DNA of 64,000 nt from Balanoglossus misakiensis (Eukaryota > Animalia > Hemichordata): contig CM082581.2 in NCBI GenBank assembly GCA_040954595.2, forward strand, positions 8,144,059 through 8,208,058, read 5' to 3'. This document shows, piece after piece, positions 54,695 through 64,000 of the stretch; position 1 is the stretch's first letter; the number at the start of each line of letters is the position of its first letter. The notes beneath the pieces were generated by a model that saw only the letters and a program-made list of their open reading frames with translations, made no database searches and was not told the origin of the DNA. The translations under genes were made by a program, and so were the position numbers.

Positions 54695-57600
54695 CATGCG
54701 TGATAAATAACTAAACACAATCAATTAATCAAATTAATCGATCAGCTATTGAAATGAGTCGTGTCACGGTATCGGCCCGGGAAGAATCGCAGTTTTTTTC
54801 CCTTTTTCTTCTTCTCTTACATGACTTACAAATCGGCGCAACTTGAAATATCCATTTTGTAATGATAATTTACCAGGGACCTTTTGTAAATATAAGCAGT
54901 GCCGATGGTGGTGTACTTTATAAATTGGTTGCAATTTCGGTATGCGTCAATATCTTGAACACGTCTAAGCTCTGACCGCCGGTGATGATCTTTCCAGATC
55001 CTACCCAATCCTGGTCGTTGGCGTCGCCCTGCAAAAATAACTAGGTCCCCGCGTTTTTGTTCTATAAGTGTGCGGTCCACTGATAATAGTCTGAGATTTG
55101 CCGGCATAGGTTTTTGAAATGTCCCATTAAACGTTAACTATCGTTTTTAAATGTTTTACGTGGGCGCGTTTATAAGCCAAGCATGACATTGGAAGTATAT
55201 TGCAGCACCCCCAATTACCGTGGCATACGGCCATTTCGGTTTTATTTTCAGATAGTCGTTTATCGCGTCAAATCGCATCTTGTGTCCTGCGAATGATTCC
55301 TGTCTTGTCGTTTCGCCGTCGTGTAATTGCCTACTATAGGACTAAATTGCGAGTTTGTCTCTATGCACGCCCGAAATGATTCAGCTCTTGTCTCTCATCA
55401 GATATTAGCGTTGTTCGGGAACGTGCAGTTAGTAAAAATATTCCTGCATTATGTACCGCAGATAGTGTTTTTAATTGAGCGCAATTGGTTGCGTATCACG
55501 GAGACAAAACGTGTCTTGACAATCTATCTCCGTTTCATCATCGATCACAGAAACACAAAAAAGGGCAGTCGTTCTGTACACATGTCACAAAAGAACACGT
55601 TCGAATCGGGTACTGTAATTTAAAGTAGGCCCTGGACGCGCAAAGACAACGTGTCATATCCCGTTGACGGTCGACTTGTCTTTATGTCTCGCGTCGTTCT
55701 CCTGTCATTAGTGTAAGCTTTTAAACAAGTGAATCTGGACCATTAACATTTAAAAGCCCTTAAGCTTCGACCATCAACATTTGATGTTAAAATGCCACGT
55801 TCACACACTTTCATGTCGGGGCGAAGTAGGCTATGCGCATGTCATGCATGATTTGGCTGGAGCGGCGTGGTCGTCTGGTACGGAATAGACCTACGGTATG
55901 GTATGATGTGGAGTTCGTCATACATCTCATCTCTCATCGAGTCATCAAATCACCATAAGTGGGGAGCATAATTTGAATAATTTAGCAGTTTACGACATGT
56001 ACGTCACCGCGATAGTCCGGTCGTCCCAATGAACCCGCATATATCGGGGCGCGTCCCGTGCGAGGGCTTTTGAACACGATCTAATATTTTAGCTATATGC
56101 TTACTTTTTCAAGTGTCATTTTTTACAACCGTATTTGCAATAGTTTGGAAAACAAATTAATGCACAGGATTTTTTTTTCTCTCCGCAACAAGCGGACAAG
56201 TCGATCACCTATTCTCCGGCTCGGGCAGTGAGCGGAGGGGGTGAACTTGCACAAAAAATAATACTTTGCATCTTTTATTTTATTGCTGCTGCCAGCGTAC
56301 CAAAGTATTTTTTTCTATAAATTATGTCTCGTCCAAAACAATAAAATAAATATTCCGCTGACGAAAATCACGTACACGTCCATGATATATGAACAGTCAC
56401 TGCATTCAAGAAAAAAAGTCAATTCGAAATGATTTTGCCGCCACATATTGTACCTGGGGGAAATCATTATTCCAAAATACGAAAATTACCGAGATTAAAC
56501 TCGTATTATACTTGTCATTGACATAAAAGACTCGTGTTCATATCTGTGTCCTGGGTAATGAAAAATAAATCAGCGAGCTCTCCGAGAGGGTTTCTCATAA
56601 AATATTGCACACTTTAGCTTGTAGCCTGATCAAATAATGACGATTCGTATTATACGTTATCGAGATTGCTACACGACGATTTAAACCATTCAGGTGGGCT
56701 TTTATTTCACCGTGTTTCTTACCTTCTAGTAAAAGCCTAATCGCTTGACGTTGATAAGATCTGATCTCCGGCTCCACTGTTATAAATAATAAAAGGCGGA
56801 CGTTAAAGAAAATGTATAATTTACAGGCTGTATTAGTGCTTAACGCGTGTGTCTCTCTATATATGTGCGTGCGGGTGTGTGTGTGTGTGTCCGGTTGTCT
56901 GGGCTGCGATAAACACAGAGCCAGCGTCCCCGGCATTTCACGGGTGTCAAATCAATACACGGCTTTCTTAACTACCATAGCTGAAAAAACAACACTTTTT
57001 TCTTATGACATCTTTGTCAGTGAGAGATGTCTGGGCGAAGGAAGCCGTCACTCCTCGCTCTCGACGTTCTTTCATCGTTTCAGCTACGGGGGCTCCTTCG
57101 GTTGTGGCTCGGCTCTGCGATTCAATTTCCTGGCTTTTCAGTCGATGAACGCCGCGTCTCACCTCCTTTAAAGACGCTCTCCATCTTGGCTTATTGTAAC
57201 GCGATACGCACACCCCGAGATCCCGAAGACTTACAGGGGACTCCGCTCATTTTCCCCCCTGGGTCAGATTATAAAGCCTTTTAATACGAGATATATTTTC
57301 ATTTGCTCGGGGAAGAGGGTAATCTCTCCATTGCCCCGATGATGGCTAGGCACAGAGCGGCATAATTTTACCTCTTTGCCTGGCTCGCGACCGTTATTAA
57401 AGTATGGCTATTAATTATTAACATGTGTTGTATCTCTTAAAGGGGAATGTGTCGCCTCAGAGGGAAAGAATTATTGGCAAACCTTTGAAGTAGCTGTATA
57501 TAGCTAGAAGACGCCAGACACGTTTAAATAACTGTCTCCGCTGAAATTTTATTTCTCAAGTAAGTACAATATTGCTTAAGAAAAATATTCTGTTTTTTTT

Positions 57601-60411
57601 TTTTTTTCATTCTAAAATTTAAGACTTTTACTCTCTCTATGTATATCGTCAATGTACTCGGGTCTAACTTAGTGATTGATGCAATCTGATATAGTTGAGC
57701 ATTTGAAAAGAGTGACGTCACACCACAATGGTTTTTTTAAATCACGTACGCTCAAGATTTGCTTTGTTGTGGAGAAGTGAAGAAAGACGAAAGAAACCGA
57801 TCTGAGAGACCCGCGACAGTAGAGAGCCGATTTGTAAAGTGCAAACGTGAAAGATTTGTGCAGATCACTCAAAGGAGAATGTTTTAAGAGACTATAAATC
57901 GTTGAGTATCGCAGACCAACCATTCGCGTTACAAACTACGTCTTTATCAATTTGCCTCGACCACGGTGACATCAGCGCTCAGGGTGTAAGAGACAGCGTA
58001 TACGTGCTAGCCATAATATACAAACAAAGATCGCGGATGCAGGAGAGAGAGAGAGAGAGATGAGGTTCGACTTCAATGACGCTCCCAGCCAGATGTCATC
58101 CCCGAAAAAAACGAAGACATACTCTAACTATACACACTGCACATTGTCACCAGTTTAATAATTTTTTTCTTCTTCAGTAGTTGATGCCGGGGGGAGTGGT
58201 TACATTAACATGCCACCTATAAACCCCCTTAGGTAACACAACACGAATGTAGATCTCTCTCCTCGATATTGCATATTTATTCACATGGATGCTGCATGGG
58301 TGACTCATGCCGGCCCATTAGCAGACGACTCTGCTGTTACTTGTTATAAACCCAGCGCACATATGCCGCCCAGATGCACACCGCCTTCTCCGGCCATTAA
58401 TCATTCATGGCCCATGCCAAGAGGTTATCGAGAGCCGCGCTTGTCTGATAGTGACTTCTGTGAAACGGTGGCGCTACCGGGGCGCAAGAACCGTCACGTG
58501 ATCCGACAAGTTCTCCACGTGGCTCTGTTATTGAATTTCGGTTATTTATCGAGTCTCAGACAACTTGTTTTCCCGGGGTTCCCGACTTTTCCACTTTTTT
58601 ATAATTCCTCGCGTTCCTCTCAAGCCACCTGGGGTTGACCCCGGCTCTTGTTTGAATGCCCGTCGTCTGAAATTCGATGCAGTGCGTCTTAATTCGCAAA
58701 TCCGCAGTGAGAAGGGGATGCGTCGTGCGTCAGCTCAGATTTTTTTTTCTTCCCGGCATGTTATTCAATTTAAAATATTGATTTGAGTGAGCCGATAACA
58801 CAGGACGCCCAGTCAGCGCCAAAATTACAAGTTAAACATTCATGAAGATGTCATCTGTACGTTCTTAGATCCTTTTTTGTTGAATGACTTTTCGATAGCG
58901 TGTGATATTACAAGTGGGACTTGTCATTCTATCCTTCGACTCAGAGATATCGACGTCATCAGTCGAAAGTTACACGAGTTGACTTTCGAGTTTTCGTGAA
59001 CGCCTACGGTGAACATCGTCCGTGTGTACGTTTAATTCTGTATAGTGAAAATAGTTTTGTCGTCAACTCCCAGTTTGTTATTGTCGTTTAGTATTTTTGG
59101 CTTTGGAATGAATTTCCCAGTGGTTGAATTCAGAGGCTGACCTCCCGATACACAAATCAAGCCAACCATCTAGTCTTTTTATATTTACCTCCAACCATCA
59201 ACTCCGATATCCGACCCGCCCATCCATCATCCACCCGTCCACCCTCACTTATACCAATTCAACCTTCCATCGCGGAGGCAAACGACCCTTCAAACTTACG
59301 TCAACCGACCATCGAACTATGATCGTAAAATTATTCAGAGATGCATTGTAATAGAAACGCCTCGGATTTGTGCATTTAACAATGCCGTCGCTACTTTTTC
59401 TATAATAAAACGTCTTTTGGTTGAGAGATTACTCCATGAAATAAGATTTAACAGTTCGCGACTGCCATGAAAAGAGTATTGAAGGCGCAAATGATGGCCT
59501 CGTTTGACTGTTAAACCAATCATACAACATTAAGTGTAATGGTATACTTCTATCCATCGATACTTCGTCATAATTTATGATCACTTTTAGTCTTATCGTC
59601 ACCTGATCTCTAATCTTAGAGCGTCTTATAGTAAGAACCTCGCACCTGCTTTTATTCTGACATGCAATCTTTATAATTTTCCCCTTAAATCCGGCCATTA
59701 GAACCGTTCTCCATTTCCGTTAAGAGGGCAAATTCGTTCAACTGCGATAATAATGGTCACCCGTAAAAAAAGTCAATCACATGCGATCCTCGAAAGTAAC
59801 AGTGACATGATCCAGTTAAAGTCTTTTGTGGGCTACCATCTCCCCTCTTCGCTCTTTCTATCTCCCCTCTCCTGATTCACTCTGTCTCTATTTCTGTCTC
59901 CCCGTTTCTATCATATTTATCTTCTTCTCTCTTATAGTTCGACTGCAGTGCAAGATGTGTGCAGCTGCCGAAATCAGCACCATCCTCGTAAATGGCAACT
60001 CTTGCGTCATCACTTTGGTCTTTCTTGGAAAGGTAAGAAGCAGCGATGATGTTGTTGTGTAAGACGATACCCTCCTTGAGACGCATGCGCAATATTATGG
60101 GGGCTGGGTTTTGTCTCCAGGTGCATGTATACATGCAGTGGATACGCTCCACCACCTACGAAGGCGCCCTCTTACGGAGGATTTGATCCAGTGCATTGAG
60201 TTGTCTGCCAACCTCGTCGTCCGGGGAATCCCAATACATTGTATCCCCCCCCACACACACATAGTAAAGCCACTCGGTAAAAATGCCCACCGGTGTGCGC
60301 CTGCGATACAGATCAATTAGCTCGATGATTTGGAAAAACAACAAGTGCAAATGCGTCGCCTAGCAATTGCGTCGTGCTACACGAATATCTCGGGAGAATT
60401 TGATGATTAGC

Positions 60412-60442
60412 CAAACAAACAAACAAACAAACAAACAAACAA
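60412..60442. repeat. (CAAA)n microsatellite
   Basis: About 7 consecutive caaa units. Confidence 0.85.
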
Positions 60443-63400
60443 CCACTCATTAGTGGCTCAGTTTCCGGACGCAGGGTTTCAACGGCCGGGTACGATGAGA
60501 AGCGTCCGGCGCTTTTTTTTGCGATTTCTGAAGCGTCGTTTCTGTCGTTAATTGAAGATTTACCGATAGATGTTTCTGCTGCCTATAGGTTTTTCTCGGT
60601 GTACGTTGACTTACAGAGTTAAGAAAGTAGACATGAGGATAGTGTTGAGAAAAGAAAGGGCGAAAATGAGAAAAAGGAAGAAAATTGAATATAATGCTTT
60701 CAAGTTGCAACGCCCCCCCCCCCAAATCATAAATTCTACACGTTGTACTTTAAATTGATATACTTCACGGGGTAAAAAGTTCTTGTGGGAATTACTTCTG
60801 GTAATTAGTACAGGAAGTACTAAGTAGTGAACACGTTGTTTCCGTATTGGAGATATGATAAGGAGAAGAAAGGTGAATTCAAACCAGTACACTTATCGAA
60901 TACTAGCATGTACTTGGGAGGTAAAAAAAAACGGTATACCACTTTTCCTCATTATTAGACAAGAATACTCTGTCTTTGACATTTCACCTTTCACTGCCGT
61001 CTCTCCCAGGTGATCATGGAAGCCCTGCCAATTACGTCATTACTAAAATAATCGGATTATTCGAGTTTGACTCATAAGTTTAAAATAATAACTCATTAGC
61101 TGCGCAGTTAGGTGTGGAGCAGCGGCCATATGTCCCAGAGTGGCGCCCATGAGAATCACGAACGATTATGCGCATTTAGTCGGGTACAGATAATTGCCAA
61201 TGGGTCGTCAATGCACAGGGTGGGGCCGTGGAAAGTGATGGAGATTAAGGGAAAATGTCACGATTTTATGTTTGAAGTGGCTGGATCCACGGTTAATGCC
61301 ACACTTGTCGGACACAAGGAAGTGCTTATCAAAGTCTGAGATTTGATCGCGCACGGTGGAGAAATAATAATGAAATCTGTAATACCAGAATTCATTTCTT
61401 GGAAGCGAGTGCTGATGCTGAACTACTCGAGTCAAAAATTGGATGCCTGTTTTTTGTTAGACGTTTTTGTTAGATGTCACTTTAACGTATCTGAGTACTG
61501 ACAACACAACTGTGTCTGTGATGGCAGTGAATTCAACTGAAATCAACAACACACTTGAAAAGGGAACACGAGGGGGGGGGGAGCGTACAACCCCTATAAT
61601 TCAGTTCAAATAATGTCGCACACATCAATTCAAGAATAAAAGAATGCTCCACCAACACTGAAAACGAGATAAGACATCTTTATTAATGACAGATGGGTTG
61701 TGACATAGGTAGTTGGAAAATCTGGTTGTGATTGGTCAGAGCAAAGACTAGTCGAGAAAATATGAATTAAGGGCGCTTCCAGTTATTGTGGAAAGGGGAG
61801 GGCCGGGAGAGTTTGGGGTTGGTCGGCCACGTAAAAGGTGGCCCCTCTACGGCAGGTTTATAAAATGTGACCCTCCCTCGATTCCCCCGACCCACCCCAT
61901 AACCAAAAGCTCCCAACATGACTGGTGTAGATCAATATATTCGGTACGGAAAAGTTAATGTCATAGTATATTTTCATGACAGCGACTGTCCGCGACCATC
62001 ACCAAAATCCAAGAGTCTGATTTTTTTCACAGAGAGTGTCAAGACGTATTATGATAAAAACATATATACGTTGAATATAAATGTTATATACAAGTATATG
62101 ACTATATATAACTATATATATATGTAACTTTATACATATAATTTTCAACTTCTATTTTTTGAACATAAATCACAGTGTCACAATACCGTTATCAGGTAAT
62201 CGCGTATGGTTTAATGAATAAAAGTCAAACGCTTTGGAAGTTTTGACTCGCATAAAAGATGCTGACAACTCCAATAGAAATGACAAAATAGAAGATTAAA
62301 ATGGACACAAACAAAGCGATGTTGCGCGCCATTATCCCGGGGTTTCTTCTCCATTAGACGATTGCGATGGCGCTTTGTTATTTGAATAGAGCGAGGCGCA
62401 GTCACTCGAGATAGCGTCATTTCATCTCCACGTTTATTGCCCAGGCCTGTGCTGCTCATTACACGCTGATATTGACACGGTACAAGCAAAAAAAATCAAA
62501 CACAAGGTTTGTGTACAAAATCTGCTTTTCACTGATTATCATTACTACTTGACGTCACGTGTCCTTTGTAATCGACATCGTATGAATGTGAAATGAACAA
62601 GTGGGCACAATGGCCCGGCCCCGCACTCGCCTAATTTGCGCTCCTGTCGAATGCCGGGAAACTTCTTACAATAGCTTACACCGTAAACCCCGTGCCTCAG
62701 ACCCAGCCATCAACTCTGCTCCTCCTCCCCCCCCCTCATCCCGAAAAAAAATCAATTTAGCCCAGTAATGACAGAGTGGTGCCCCTGCAAGAAACGGTGC
62801 AATCTCGTTGATCATTTTTTATTCGCTCGCTCCACTGTGGTCTGAAAAGTCCACGCTTTCTTCACCGAGACCACTTAGACTTAATGGCTTGTACCAATTT
62901 CCGCCGTTTACACTGAAATCATCTTCCCTTGTAGCAGGAGGACGTACTAATTGGCACAGCCCTTTCAACACACTTTTTTTTCACGGGAAGATCCTGCCTC
63001 AACTCGGGGGGAAAGTCGATCCTCTACCTGCGATTTGTTGAAATTTACACCTTGAATCGGATACGCGCCAAGTAAGCGGTGGAGATCATGTAATTTCTAT
63101 AGTCCGGGATTTAGCACAAACGCAAACTGCCATTAGCGGCATCGAGGTGAAATTTTTAAAAAAGGAAAAGTGAAAGAAAAGTGAGAAAGGAAATGTTTTA
63201 CACACAGATGTCGACTGATTAATGGTTCAGCGCCCACAACATTGGAAAAATAACGCCGGAAAATTAGTCCTTATTACAGGAAAACCTATCACCGGCGCGG
63301 CCAACAATGTTGGTGCTAATTGGGTCCGAGCATGCGCTCTGGTGGGCCAATTAACTCGCCGGACTGCCAGAACCGGTGAGACTATATCGTATATCCGGGT

Positions 63401-64000
63401 GATTGTGGCGGTTAAGATAACAATGGCTGCCTTTCCAACACTGACATAACTTTTGCCCCGAGATATATGCCCCACCTAATATGAGCTCAAGAGTTTTCAT
63501 TATACTCAAAATGATGCAATTTTGAATAATCCCTTTATAGATTTCATTGTGTACACACCAACTTTTTTGGGTTGCAAACGAAGGAATGTCCCTTACAAGA
63601 TCTATCCAACACCACTTGTAGTGTTTGTAAAACCCCAAGTACGTATAATTAAATTTGAAAACGCACTGTTTTATCTGAAACACTGAAATCTGAAAAACTG
63701 TTAATTTTATTAGATCTTGGCACACACAGGAATACTCTAGAATTAATTTACATAAAATGATTAAGCAAAATGTGGATAAGCGTATGCAAAGATGAACTGT
63801 CAACGGAATTTGAATATTGACCTCAATCAACAGGTGATATCGAACCGAGAGCCTCAGGCAATAACTGTGTTTCTTTCTCACACACCATCTGACCACCCCT
63901 TAAAGATGCGAGCGATCCGAATATCTTGGTCCCACACTTCATCCACGGACACAATTTCCAGTCACAAATATGACCTCGATCGCATCCTGGGCAAGAATAA

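Noticed and set aside
52804-61558. NK-type TCAAGTG sites at 52804, 56109 and 61552 as evidence of autoregulation
   Set aside because: Three matches to a 7-mer in 16 kb is close to chance expectation.
53143-63896. Longer ORFs in the distal region (53143-53697, 63351-63896 and others)
   Set aside because: No domain-like motifs, no consistent splice context, and composition typical of non-coding DNA.

Overview
Eukaryotic genomic DNA from an animal, probably a non-vertebrate bilaterian (GT-AG introns, compact genes; taxon not determinable here). The ORF track mostly gives exon fragments, so I rebuilt spliced models by hand from splice sites and reading phase. Bases 1-47.9 kb are gene-dense: (1) a 5-exon, 217-aa secreted protein resembling an IL-6/CNTF-type four-helix cytokine, with kB, GAS-like and CRE-like motifs and a TATA box upstream and an AU-rich 3' region; (2) an 11-exon, ~1377-aa protein combining MIF4G, SAM-like and two CCHC zinc-knuckle modules, with one GC-AG intron; (3) a minus-strand protein with a divergent PH domain; then tRNA-Pro(TGG), mitoferrin, tRNA-Lys(CTT), BOD1L-like, SUFU head-to-head with ACTR1A, and MOGS. 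The last ~16 kb has no credible coding gene and looks regulatory. Vertebrate orthologues of mitoferrin, BOD1/BOD1L, SUFU/ACTR1A and MOGS lie near NK-cluster homeobox genes, so this may be an unduplicated NK-cluster flank. The top candidate for a new system is the putative inducible invertebrate helical cytokine at 687-2959. All homology calls come from remembered motifs, not database searches.
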